A stretch of DNA of 64,000 bases. It comes from Acidimicrobiia bacterium. Its GTDB lineage: Bacteria > Actinomycetota > Acidimicrobiia > Spongiisociales > ZC4RG35. Below the pieces are notes generated by a model. That model did not search any database. It was not told the DNA's origin and was given only the letters and a program-made list of their open reading frames with translations. Of the stretch, positions 26,831-36,038 are shown piece after piece (the first letter of the stretch is position 1; the number at the start of each line of letters is the position of its first letter). The translations under genes and the position numbers were made by a program. Location of the stretch: assembly GCA_040880725.1 (NCBI GenBank), contig JBBDHV010000030.1, positions 26,643 through 90,642 of the forward strand, given 5' to 3'.

Positions 26831-28469
26831 GCCCGACGACACCGTCGTCGAGGTGATCGAGGCGTTTTGCGGACCGCGGCGGCATCGCCAGGACGCCGGT
26901 GACGTCCACGAGCCGGGTCCCCGGGTCGTTCAGCCACTTCCAGATCACGTCGGCTTCTTCCTGTGCGGTCACGGACGGGGCGACCCACTGAGCGGCGAGC
27001 TCGACCGGAGGAGCGACGAGCGGCACGTCGGATCCGGCCCAGGCAACCACCAACGCCGCTCGATCGATGACCGCCCGCTCCTCTCCCGAGTGCGCCTCGA
27101 TGCGCTCTGCAGTCTGCAGCGCTCGCCACGCCTGACGCCGTTCGAGCGACCGGACGAGCGCCCGATGCCGGTCCCGCGCCCACGCCGCCTCCTCGTAACG
27201 TCGCTCCAGGGCCAGGGACGCAATCCGCTCGACGAGCGGGTCGAGAAGCATTGCCGGATCGGAGTCGATGGCTCCCACGAGTCGGTCGACGACCTCCCGG
27301 TAGCGGGCCTCGGGAAGGGAACCGTCGCACGGACAGAGGGCGATTCCCATCTGCGCGGCGGCGCACCGTCCGCTTCGGGACCCTGCCCGCCCGGTGCAGC
27401 GGCGGATCTCGGTGGCGTCCCAGAGGGCACTCGTCACGAGTTCTGCCGTCGCCCGCCGTCGGAACGGTCCGAGGGTGAGGAGCGCGTCTCGGTGCACGGT
27501 GCGGGTGATGGAGAGACGCGGGAACGGCTCCGACGTGAGCGTGAGCCAATGGTTCGACTTGGGTGGCTTGGACCGCCGATTGTGCCGCGGTCGGTGCGCC
27601 CCGATCAGGCGTAACTCGGTGATTGCGGCGTCGAGGTCGCCTGCGCACACGCGGTGGTCGACGTCGGCGAGTTCCTTGAGCATGGTTGCCACCGAGCGGC
27701 GGGGGTCGCCGTAGAAGTACGCCGAGACCCGGGTCCGCAGGTTGCGGGCCTTCCCGACGTAGATCACATCGCCGGTTCGATCCTTGAACAGGTAGACACC
27801 GGGACGGCGCGGGAGGTCGCGGGCGAGATGGATCTTGCGGTACTCGGGCGCTCCTTTCGCCTTCGGGAGTGTCAGCAGGTCTTCGAGGGCAGTCACGCCG
27901 ATGGTCCCGGCTCGTTCGAGCAGGGCGTGGAGCACGTGCATCGTTGCCGTCGCGTCGTCGAGCGCCCGGTGGATCGGTGTGGTGGGGGAGCGGAAGTGGG
28001 CGGCGAGGGTGGCGAGTCGGAGGTTGCGGACCTCGGAGCGCACCAGGCGCCGGGCGAGCGCCGCGGTGTCCACCGAACGGTTCTCGGAGAATCGGCGGTA
28101 GCCGAGGCGACCGGCGGACGCATCCAGGAATCCAAGGTCGAAACGGACGTTGTGTCCGACGATCACCGCGTCCGCGACGAACTCGGCGAACGTGGGCAGC
28201 ACGGTTTCGATGCGTGGTGCGTCGATCACCATGGTCTGGGTGATTCCGGTGAGCAGGACGATCGAAGGCGGTATCGCTGCGCCAGGGTCCACGAGGGTCT
28301 GGAAGGTCCCGAGGATCTCGCCACCTCGTACTTTCACCGCGCCGATCTCGGTGATGAAACAGTCTGCGGTCGACCCGCCGGTCGTTTCGAGGTCGAGCAC
28401 GCAGAACGTGACATCGGAGAGGGGGGAGCCGAGTTCTTCGAAGCTGCGCTGGGCGGGGGCGAGTGCCAT
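26793..28469 (-). CDS. DEDDh 3'-5' exonuclease fused to UvrC-like GIY-YIG nuclease (Rv2191-like)
   Basis: DLETTG, HN..FD, HRALDDA, then PGVY.F..VIYVGKA.NLR.RV..YF and a Cys cluster. Confidence 0.93.
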   Translation of the reverse strand: MALAPAQRSFEELGSPLSDVTFCVLDLETTGGSTADCFITEIGAVKVRGGEILGTFQTLVDPGAAIPPSIVLLTGITQTMVIDAPRIETVLPTFAEFVADAVIVGHNVRFDLGFLDASAGRLGYRRFSENRSVDTAALARRLVRSEVRNLRLATLAAHFRSPTTPIHRALDDATATMHVLHALLERAGTIGVTALEDLLTLPKAKGAPEYRKIHLARDLPRRPGVYLFKDRTGDVIYVGKARNLRTRVSAYFYGDPRRSVATMLKELADVDHRVCAGDLDAAITELRLIGAHRPRHNRRSKPPKSNHWLTLTSEPFPRLSITRTVHRDALLTLGPFRRRATAELVTSALWDATEIRRCTGRAGSRSGRCAAAQMGIALCPCDGSLPEARYREVVDRLVGAIDSDPAMLLDPLVERIASLALERRYEEAAWARDRHRALVRSLERRQAWRALQTAERIEAHSGEERAVIDRAALVVAWAGSDVPLVAPPVELAAQWVAPSVTAQEEADVIWKWLNDPGTRLVDVTGVLAMPPRSAKRLDHLDDGVVGLNPSGDPASSPR

Positions 28470-28479
28470 GCTCCGGACG

Positions 28480-28509
28480 ACCGTAGACCGAACAGGTGTT
28501 CGATGTCAA
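28480..28509 (-). promoter_or_regulatory. sigma70 promoter with LexA (SOS) box
   Basis: TTGACA-N18-TACGGT; TCGAAC-acct-GTTCGG (28488-28503) fills the spacer. Confidence 0.85.
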
Positions 28510-28529
28510 CGACGGTCGAAACCGAAGGA

Positions 28530-29345
28530 TCAACCCGCGGTGTCGTCCGGCGTCTGCCTGCGTTGGCGGACGGCCTCGTACAGCACCACTCCGGCCGCCA
28601 TCGCCGCGTTGAGCGAGTCGGCCATCCCTGCCATGGGGATGCGGACGCGGATGTCCGACGCCTCGAGCCAGGCCTCGGACAGGCCGTACTGTTCGGAGCC
28701 GACCACCATCGCGACCGGTCCCCGCAGATCGGCGTCCCACAGGTCGGTGTCGGTGTCCGGGGTGGTCGCGACGATCGCGACGCCTCGGTCGACGAGCCAG
28801 GCGATGGTCTGCTCGCTGGTCGTCACTGCCAACGGGACGGTGAACAGCGTCCCGGTCGACGCCCGCACGACGTTGGGGTTGAACGGATCGGTCGTGGCGT
28901 CTGCGACGATCACCCCGTCGGCCCCCACCGCATCGGCGGTGCGGAGCATCGTGCCGAGGTTGCCGGGCTTCTCGATAGACTCTGCGACGAGCAGCAGCGG
29001 CGCCCGTTCGGTGCGAAGGGCGGTGAGCTCAGTGTCGAACTGGGGTGCGACGACCAGCAACCCCTCCGGTCGATCTCGGTACGAGACCTTGCGAAACGGT
29101 TCCTCGGCGAGTTCGGAGACTTCGATGCCGGCGGACTCGAGTTCGGAGATGAGGGCGTGTTCGTTCGGACCCAGGAACAAGGACGGACAGGTGTGGAGGG
29201 TGGTCATTGCGACGCCGGCATCGGTCGCTCGGCGGATCTCCCGGTAGCCTTCGATGACGAACTGGGAGGTGCGATCGCGGTGGCGCCGTTCTCGGAGTCG
29301 GACGAGGTCCTTGACTCGGTCGTTCTGCAGCGAGGTGATGATCAC
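28530..29345 (-). CDS. TrmH/SpoU family RNA methyltransferase
   Basis: ITS.QN, IEG, PGNLG..LRTADA.G, G.E..GL, IPM.G..DSLN. Confidence 0.93.
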   Translation of the reverse strand: MIITSLQNDRVKDLVRLRERRHRDRTSQFVIEGYREIRRATDAGVAMTTLHTCPSLFLGPNEHALISELESAGIEVSELAEEPFRKVSYRDRPEGLLVVAPQFDTELTALRTERAPLLLVAESIEKPGNLGTMLRTADAVGADGVIVADATTDPFNPNVVRASTGTLFTVPLAVTTSEQTIAWLVDRGVAIVATTPDTDTDLWDADLRGPVAMVVGSEQYGLSEAWLEASDIRVRIPMAGMADSLNAAMAAGVVLYEAVRQRRQTPDDTAG

Positions 29346-29923
29346 GGTTCGACCGCCTCTGTCGCCGTTTCGGCGGCATAGAACTCTTCGAGACGCCTGC
29401 GGGCGCGGAGGGCGGCGACGCGGACGGCGCCGGGTCGCATCGTGAGGCGGGCGGCGACTTCCTCGTGGGTGAGCTGTTCGACCTCACGTAGCCACAGGAT
29501 CTCGCGATCGCGGGCCGAGAGGTGAGCGAGGGCGGCGCGGATCGTGTGGTGTTCCTCGCGAATCAGGACGATCGATTCGGGATCGTCCACCGGCCCGTAT
29601 TCGAGTTCGCGTTCGACCCGCCCCTTTCTCCTGATCCGGGAGCGCAGCCGGTTGCGGGCGATCGTCCAGAACCAGCCTTCGAAGGCATCCGGTTCCCGGA
29701 GGCGCCGGATGCTCTTGACCATTCCTTCGATCGCCTCGGAGGCGAGCTCTTCGGAGTCGGCCGCCGACAGCCCCATGCCCCGATAGAAGGCGACCAGTCG
29801 TGGGAACCCTTTGAAAAGGATCGCTCCGAGCGCGTCGTTGTCGCCGATGCGAGCGCTCTCTATGTGCTGTCGGGACGGAGGCCATCCCGACGCGCCGGTG
29901 CGGCTGCCGGATTCCCCCGTCAT
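29342..29923 (-). CDS. ECF sigma factor (SigD-like region 4.2)
   Basis: F.GWFWTIARN, L..RDREIL.LR, EVA..L....GAVRV...RA. Confidence 0.88.
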   Translation of the reverse strand: MTGESGSRTGASGWPPSRQHIESARIGDNDALGAILFKGFPRLVAFYRGMGLSAADSEELASEAIEGMVKSIRRLREPDAFEGWFWTIARNRLRSRIRRKGRVERELEYGPVDDPESIVLIREEHHTIRAALAHLSARDREILWLREVEQLTHEEVAARLTMRPGAVRVAALRARRRLEEFYAAETATEAVEP

Positions 29924-29933
29924 GCAGACCAGC

Positions 29934-30650
29934 CTACGGCTGGTTGCCTCCACGGTTGGGATTGCCGGGACCGGGTGCGCCGTCCGACGGCGACTCGTCC
30001 GGCGGGCCGGGTTCGTTGTTGCCGCTGTTGTTGTCCGGGCCGGTGTTCGGGTTGTCGTTGTCAGGGCCGACATCGTCAGGGCGGTTGGACCGCTCTTCGG
30101 ACAGTCGTTGCCCGAGCCGGCGGGCGAGTTCTGCGACATCCTGGCCGGTGGCGTCGGTGTGACCGACCGAATGGGCGACGGTCACGAGATCGTTCAGCAC
30201 CAGTTCGGAAACGGCGCCGGGAGCGCCTTCGAGTTCGGCGACGAGAGTCTGCAACTCGGTGTCGGGATCGTCGGACTCGAGCACCTTGCCAAGGGTCTCC
30301 TGCACGAGCTCGAGGGCAGCGCCCAGGTCACCTCGTTCGACGAGGACGCCGGTCTCCTGCAAGCGTTCCGACACCCGGGGTCCGCCCAATCCGGTCAGAT
30401 CGACGACCTGTTCGTAGGCACGGTCGACGCCGTACAGGGCGTCTCCGGGGGCCGACGAGTCGGCGGTGGCCGCGAGGGCGACGTTCGACACGCCCAGGAG
30501 GCCGGTCGCGAGCAAGGCGACGAGTGCTTTGCGGGGCCGGCGGGTCGGTGACGACATCCCAGCACGCACCGCTCGCTGAGCGGTGGACGGCGAGACCTCG
30601 GAGGCGAGATCGTCGGCGTAGCGGCGAAGGTCGTCGAACGGTTCGTTCAT
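29934..30650 (-). CDS. Single-TM DUF5667-like protein, putative anti-sigma factor
   Basis: Short N-terminal helical region, TM, PGD.LY...RA.E motif, P/G/N-rich tail; directly upstream of ECF sigma. Confidence 0.7.
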   Translation of the reverse strand: MNEPFDDLRRYADDLASEVSPSTAQRAVRAGMSSPTRRPRKALVALLATGLLGVSNVALAATADSSAPGDALYGVDRAYEQVVDLTGLGGPRVSERLQETGVLVERGDLGAALELVQETLGKVLESDDPDTELQTLVAELEGAPGAVSELVLNDLVTVAHSVGHTDATGQDVAELARRLGQRLSEERSNRPDDVGPDNDNPNTGPDNNSGNNEPGPPDESPSDGAPGPGNPNRGGNQP

Positions 30651-30662
30651 GTCATCCTGAAG

Positions 30663-30687
30663 GTCTGCGAAGCGCTGTCGACGTTAC
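30663..30687 (-). promoter_or_regulatory. Candidate ECF promoter GTAACG-N16-GAC
   Basis: Ends 12 nt upstream of the ATG at 30650; same architecture as 54478-54502. Confidence 0.6.
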
Positions 30688-30733
30688 ATCCGGCCAGCGT
30701 GTTCCCAGAAGGGGATGGTCCTATGCTTCCGGC

Positions 30734-31060
30734 ATGGCGGCCATGGTGCTGACGACCTTTTCCTCCCGCATGGAAGCCGACATCGCGGTCGCCAAGCTGG
30801 CGTCGAGCGGCATCAGGGCCTGGATCCAGACCGATTCGGCGAACGGCTTCGAACCGCAGTGGGACTTCATCCGTGGCGTGAAGGTGCTGACCCAGCAGGT
30901 CGACCTGTCCGATGCCGCCGAGGTGCTGGGTGTCGTACCCCCCGAGCCGCTTCCTCCCCTTTCCGAGGAGCGGGAGACGTTCGTACGCCTCGTGCGCAAT
31001 GCGATCTTCCTCGTCGCAGGCGGGGGAGTGCTGCTGGCTCTGTGGCAGGCGTTCAGCTGA
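30734..31060 (+). CDS. DUF2007-like protein with C-terminal TM
   Basis: TF....EA......L...GI.A, V.V.....D...A.EVL. Confidence 0.75.
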   Translation: MAAMVLTTFSSRMEADIAVAKLASSGIRAWIQTDSANGFEPQWDFIRGVKVLTQQVDLSDAAEVLGVVPPEPLPPLSEERETFVRLVRNAIFLVAGGGVLLALWQAFS

Positions 31061-31655
31061 CATCCGGCGGGGTCCACACCTCACGATGAACGGTGCCAGG
31101 ACGCCTTCCCCTGACAAGCGACGAGGACTTGCGGTCAGGGGCGGGATGTCCGATCGTCACGACCCCGATCGGCGCAACTTCGGCGGGAATGGCGAGTAGT
31201 TCCGCGAGTCCCTCGAAGGACTGCGCCCCGAGAAAACCCGCCGCCAGTCCCTCGTTGACCGACGCCAGGAGGATCGCCATCAGCGATGCCCCGGCATCCA
31301 CCCACCAGTACGGGACGGGCCAGTCGGTTTCCTGTCCCGACGCGTCGGTCTTGTCGGGTTCCCGGTAGCGGTCGTGATATGCCGCCTCGGACACGCAGAC
31401 GACGATGTGGACCGGTGCCCGGGACACCCACGGGTCGAATCCTCGTGCGACGTATTCCGGCTCTCCCGCGAGCTCGGCGATACGGGACCGTGTGTCCGGC
31501 TCGGTGACGACGACGAACGACTGGCCCTGAGTGAAGCCGGCGCTCGGGGCTCGGAGTCCGGCGTCGATGATGCGGTCGAGCGCGGCGGCGTCGACAGGGT
31601 CGCCGGTGTAGTTGCGCACCATGCGTCGACGGCGCACGACGTCGACGAATTCCAT
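31053..31655 (-). CDS. Nitroreductase family protein
   Basis: RRR.VRNY, APSAG..Q, W.VD.G, LL....EGL. Confidence 0.92.
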   Translation of the reverse strand: MEFVDVVRRRRMVRNYTGDPVDAAALDRIIDAGLRAPSAGFTQGQSFVVVTEPDTRSRIAELAGEPEYVARGFDPWVSRAPVHIVVCVSEAAYHDRYREPDKTDASGQETDWPVPYWWVDAGASLMAILLASVNEGLAAGFLGAQSFEGLAELLAIPAEVAPIGVVTIGHPAPDRKSSSLVRGRRPGTVHREVWTPPDVS

Positions 31656-32017
31656 CAGGCGGGCCCCATCGACGCTCGGAGGGCACGGACGAGCCCCACG
31701 ATGGCGGCGGCGATGACGACGACACCCACCAAGAAGACGGTCGGTGTCGAAATGAACACCGCAGCAGTGACGACGAGCGCGCCGCCCAGCAGAGTGAGAC
31801 CGAAGAGGATCGGGTGGGGTCGGCCGTTGGTGCCGTGCAGCCGTTCTGGCTCGACGGTCGCGAACCAGATGAGCACCACGACGGAGGCAACGAGGGTGGC
31901 GACGACGACGGTGCCGGGAGAGGCGAAGAAGGTGAGCCACAGGACGGCGAAGGCTGCACCGATCCCGAACATCAAGTCGCGCCGCACGTCCGGCACGATA
32001 CCGAACCACTCCCACAC
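31655..32017 (-). CDS. Small 4-TM hypothetical membrane protein
   Basis: Hydrophobic 120 aa ORF packed between pntB and nitroreductase. Confidence 0.7.
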   Translation of the reverse strand: MWEWFGIVPDVRRDLMFGIGAAFAVLWLTFFASPGTVVVATLVASVVVLIWFATVEPERLHGTNGRPHPILFGLTLLGGALVVTAAVFISTPTVFLVGVVVIAAAIVGLVRALRASMGPA

Positions 32018-32028
32018 GCGGAGCAGGC

Positions 32029-33399
32029 TCAGAGTTCCTTGACCGCTCCGACGATCTCTCCGATGCCTTCCTTCGCATCGGCGAAGAACATGAGGGTGTT
32101 CTCGTTGTAGAACAGGGGGTTGTCGATGCCGGCGAAGCCGGGCGAAAGGCTTCGCTTGATGACGATGACATTTCCGGCACGGTCGACGTCGAGGACGGGC
32201 ATGCCGTAGATCGGGCTGGTGGAGTCGTCCCGGGCGGACGGGTTGACCACGTCGTTGGCGCCCACGACGAGGGCGACATCGGTTCGAGGGAAGTCGCCGT
32301 TGATGTCTTCGAGGTCGTACAACAACTCGTAGTCGACGTCGGCTTCGGCCAACAGGACATTCATGTGGCCGGGCATGCGGCCGGCCACAGGGTGAATCGC
32401 GTAGCGCACCTCCACGCCTTTCGACTCGAGGAGGGCGGCCAACTCCCTGAGCACATGCTGGGCCTGGGCGACGGCCAATCCGTATCCCGGCACGACGACC
32501 ACACGTTCGGCATACGCCAGCGTGACCGCGACATCATCTGCGGACGCGCTCCGGGTCACCTTCTCGGTGCCGTCGTCGGCGACGGCAGCCGAACCGGCAC
32601 CGAACACCGAGAACAACACATTGGCGAGCGTGCGGTTCATCGCCTTCACCATGATGTTCGTGAGGATGAGTCCGGCCGCGCCCACGAGCGCACCCGAGAT
32701 GATCAGCGCGTTCGAGTCGATCACGAACCCCGCGGCGGAGGCTGCGAGCCCGGATGCAGAGTTGAGGAAGCTGATCACCACCGGCATGTCGGCGCCACCG
32801 ATCGGGAGGGTCCGGGTGATGCCGAGGGCGAAGGCGACGGCGATGAGGATCCACGCCCACAGCATCGAACCGCTGGTGGCCAGTGCGATCACGCCGGCCA
32901 CACCGGCGATGGCGAGGAGCGAATCGACCACGATCTGGCCGGGGAAGGTGATCGACTGCCCGCCGAGCACGCCTTGGAGCTTGCCGAACGCGACAAAACT
33001 GCCCGAGAAGGTGAGGGCGCCGATCAGCACGGAAATGCCGATCGTGACGAGCGTTCTCGTGTCGGAGTCGGGTTCGGTGGCGAGGGCGGAGAGCGCCACC
33101 AATGCGGACGCACCACCTCCGAATCCGTTGAATGCGGCGACGAGTTGCGGCATCGCCGTCATCTCCACCGTGCGTGCCAGGTACGCGCCGATGGCAGCTC
33201 CGACGACCAGGCCGGCGATCACGGCCCCGTACCCGATGATTCCGGCGTCGAGGAGTGTCACGACGATGGCGAGGAGCATTCCGATCGAGGCGAACCGGTT
33301 GCCCGTCCGGGCGGTCGCAGGCGAGGTCAGCCGCTTGAGGCCGACGATGAACAGGACCGCCGCGAGGAGATAGAGGAATCCTTGGAGGGTGATGTTCAC
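32029..33399 (-). CDS. pntB: NAD(P) transhydrogenase beta subunit
   Basis: MTAMPQLVA, IGGADMPVVIS.LNS, VPGYGLAVAQAQH, HPVAGRMPGHMNVLLAEA. Confidence 0.97.
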   Translation of the reverse strand: MNITLQGFLYLLAAVLFIVGLKRLTSPATARTGNRFASIGMLLAIVVTLLDAGIIGYGAVIAGLVVGAAIGAYLARTVEMTAMPQLVAAFNGFGGGASALVALSALATEPDSDTRTLVTIGISVLIGALTFSGSFVAFGKLQGVLGGQSITFPGQIVVDSLLAIAGVAGVIALATSGSMLWAWILIAVAFALGITRTLPIGGADMPVVISFLNSASGLAASAAGFVIDSNALIISGALVGAAGLILTNIMVKAMNRTLANVLFSVFGAGSAAVADDGTEKVTRSASADDVAVTLAYAERVVVVPGYGLAVAQAQHVLRELAALLESKGVEVRYAIHPVAGRMPGHMNVLLAEADVDYELLYDLEDINGDFPRTDVALVVGANDVVNPSARDDSTSPIYGMPVLDVDRAGNVIVIKRSLSPGFAGIDNPLFYNENTLMFFADAKEGIGEIVGAVKEL

Positions 33400-33686
33400 C
33401 GGCGGTCACCCCGCTTGAACATCTCCAGCATCCGGTCGGTGACCATGAAGCCGCCGACGACGTTGATCGTGGCGAACGTGACGGCCAGGAATCCGAGCAC
33501 GGTGGCCGTGGTGGTGTCGGAACTTCCCACCGCGACGATTGCGCCGATGACCGTGATGCCCGAGATCGCGTTCGAACCGGACATCAGCGGCGTGTGGAGC
33601 GTTGGTGGCACTTTGGTGATGACTTCGAAGCCGACGAAGGCGGCGAGCACGAACACGGTGATCGGGATGAGGAGGGATTCCATCAT
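33396..33686 (-). CDS. pntA: NAD(P) transhydrogenase alpha subunit part 2
   Basis: KVPPTLHTPLMSGSNAISG, NVVGGF.VTDRML.MF. Confidence 0.95.
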   Translation of the reverse strand: MMESLLIPITVFVLAAFVGFEVITKVPPTLHTPLMSGSNAISGITVIGAIVAVGSSDTTTATVLGFLAVTFATINVVGGFMVTDRMLEMFKRGDRR

Positions 33687-34783
33687 TGCTCCAGGAGTCG
33701 GGAATGGACGACGGAGCCGTCGCGGCAGATCATCGAGTCGATCACGATGTCGTCGTCGACCGCAGGATCGAAGGAGCCGTCGGCGGCGGTGACGAGAGCG
33801 AGGAAGGAAGAGACGTTCCGGGAGTACATGCGGCTGGCATCTGCGGACACCCGTGCCATGAGGTCGGTGGCGCCGATGATCGTGACCCCGTTGTGACTCA
33901 CTGTCTCCCCGGGAACCGTCGCCGCGCAGTTGCCTCCGGTGGCCGCCGCCAGGTCCACGATCACCGATCCCGGACGCATGGCCTCCACGGTGCGGGTCTC
34001 GATGAGCAGGGGGGCGGGCCGCCCGGGGATGGCTGCGGTGGTGATGACCACATCACTCTGGGCAACGATCGGGGCGAGCCCGTCGAGGATCCGCTGTTGC
34101 TCGTCGTCGGCGACCTCCTTGGCGTATCCGCCCGCCTCGGCGGCATCCTGGGCGGGGACTTCGAGGGTGACGAACTTCGCTCCGAGGCTCTCGACCTGTT
34201 CGCCGGCCGCCGCACGCACATCGAATGCGGACACGACTGCACCGAGTCGCCGCGCCGTGGCGATGGCCTGGAGACCGGCGACGCCTGCGCCCAGCACCAG
34301 CACTGCCGCCGGACGTATCGTGCCGGCGGCGGTGGTCAGCATCGGAAAGAACCGGTCGGAGGCGACGGCTCCCTCGAGGACTGCCTGATATCCGGCGACT
34401 GTCGCCTGCGACGACAGCGCGTCGATCGACTGGGCGCGGGTGGTGCGGGGGACGGCTTCGAAAGCCCAAGCGGTGACTCCGGTCGCAGCGAGTGCCGTCA
34501 TCGCCTCCGGCTGGTCGAACGGTCGGAGCATCCCGAGCACCGCACGCCCCGGCACCGTTCCGGAGGTCGGCAGTTCGATGACGGCGACGAGGTCCACATC
34601 CGACGGCACTCCGATCTCCGCTCCTGCCTCGCGGTAGGTGTCGTCGGGGAAGCCGGCTGCCTCACCTGCGGAAGGCGCGACAGTGACGTGATGGCCCGCG
34701 GCCACGAGCTTCTTGACGACGTCCGGCACCAGCGCGACACGCCGTTCGCCCGGTTGATCTGCGAGGAGTACTCCGATGTGCAC
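33683..34783 (-). CDS. pntA: NAD(P) transhydrogenase alpha subunit part 1
   Basis: ERRVA..P, PRTTRAQS.D.LSSQ, GAGVAGLQAI, DLAA..GGNC. Confidence 0.95.
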   Translation of the reverse strand: MHIGVLLADQPGERRVALVPDVVKKLVAAGHHVTVAPSAGEAAGFPDDTYREAGAEIGVPSDVDLVAVIELPTSGTVPGRAVLGMLRPFDQPEAMTALAATGVTAWAFEAVPRTTRAQSIDALSSQATVAGYQAVLEGAVASDRFFPMLTTAAGTIRPAAVLVLGAGVAGLQAIATARRLGAVVSAFDVRAAAGEQVESLGAKFVTLEVPAQDAAEAGGYAKEVADDEQQRILDGLAPIVAQSDVVITTAAIPGRPAPLLIETRTVEAMRPGSVIVDLAAATGGNCAATVPGETVSHNGVTIIGATDLMARVSADASRMYSRNVSSFLALVTAADGSFDPAVDDDIVIDSMICRDGSVVHSRLLEQ

Positions 34784-34853
34784 GGCCCATGACCCTAACG
34801 ACATCGGGAGCGGCATCTGTCCCTGAGTTCGGGGGCTCTGATACGGTCACGGT

Positions 34854-35753
34854 GTGCCTTCCCACATTTTCCGCGCGGGCGCGCCGACGCTCTGGACGAG
34901 GGGGCAAGGCTGCTCCGAGCTGGCGGAACTCCTCTCTCCTGTCGACGCCGTGCGCGCCGAAGGAGACCTGGTCGAAGCCTGTCTGCGTGCTCGTGCCGAT
35001 GCGGTCGTGTCGCGCAGGCTCTCGTCGAGTTTCGAACTCGTCCCGCAGATCGTGCCGGACGGGATCGACCTGTCCCGGTCAGGGTCGATCGTTGCCGCCG
35101 TGTCAGGCGGCCCGCACTCGCCTCTGGCGGCTGCCGTCGCCGCCCGGCTCGGGCGGGCCACGTCGCTGCCCGCCTCGATGGTGTGCGCGTACCGCGACGA
35201 GGAGGGACAGGGCCACGCGGTGTCGCTCATCCAGGACCTCTACCAGCAGATCCCGGACATCGAATACCGGTTGGTGGAGGCCGAGGATGCCCACTCGCTC
35301 ATGAGTCAACTCCCCGATGACGCCTCCCTCGTGCTGGGCGCCCCGGGAGGGGGATGGTTGCAACGAACGTTCTTCGGGCAGGGCGCCAAGCTCATTCAGG
35401 CCGCCTCCGCGGGGGCGATTGTGGTGCGTTCCGCCCCGCGGCGGGTGTTTCAGGAGATGGGCGAACCCGTCTACGTGTCTCCCTTGCACGATGCAGCCGA
35501 CCTGCTGAGGATTCATTCCGAGGCCAGCCTCGCCGTGGCGGACGCCGGCATGCTCGTGGGAATCGTCCGCCGGGACGCACTCGAGCTCGCCGATCCCGGC
35601 GTCGCGGTGTCGGAGTTGATGCAGGCTCCGACGTCGGTGAGCGCCCTGGATGCTGTCGACGACGTGGCTGAAGTGTGGAAAGAGTTCGATCCCGACCCCA
35701 TCCCGGTCACCGACGCCGACGGGGCGCTTCTCGGCGGACTCGTCGTTTCCTGA
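34854..35753 (+). CDS. USP-like plus CBS-pair hypothetical protein
   Basis: I...V.GGPHS..A and LVLGA....W....FFG (USP-like); LVGIV and PV.D.DG.LLG (CBS-like). Confidence 0.65.
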   Translation: MPSHIFRAGAPTLWTRGQGCSELAELLSPVDAVRAEGDLVEACLRARADAVVSRRLSSSFELVPQIVPDGIDLSRSGSIVAAVSGGPHSPLAAAVAARLGRATSLPASMVCAYRDEEGQGHAVSLIQDLYQQIPDIEYRLVEAEDAHSLMSQLPDDASLVLGAPGGGWLQRTFFGQGAKLIQAASAGAIVVRSAPRRVFQEMGEPVYVSPLHDAADLLRIHSEASLAVADAGMLVGIVRRDALELADPGVAVSELMQAPTSVSALDAVDDVAEVWKEFDPDPIPVTDADGALLGGLVVS

Positions 35754-35787
35754 ATAGGCGCCTGGTCCGATCGGGCTCAGCCGCCAG

Positions 35788-36008
35788 ATGACGCCGATGG
35801 TTTCGCATCCCTCTTCGCCTCCCCTTGCTGTTCGACTGTGGCGCGCCCTGTTCTGGTTCGTCGCGGTCGCAGTGCTCGTCGTCCATGTGGTGGCCGGTTG
35901 GATGTTCTCGGGCCGGATCATCGACGAGGCGTTCACGCCTCGCGGGAGCTCGCCGCCGCGGCCTACGACCAGCGGGTGCTCGCGTTTTTGGAAGCCCACT
36001 GGCGGTAA
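35788..36008 (+). pseudogene. Internally deleted membrane-anchored hydrolase-like gene
   Basis: N-terminal TM (..VAGWMFSGRIIDEAFTP) abuts, out of frame, a C-terminus-like AAAYDQRVLAFLEAHWR*. Confidence 0.5.
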
Positions 36009-36038
36009 CGTCGCCGTTTGGCGCGCGAGGGAGCGGAC

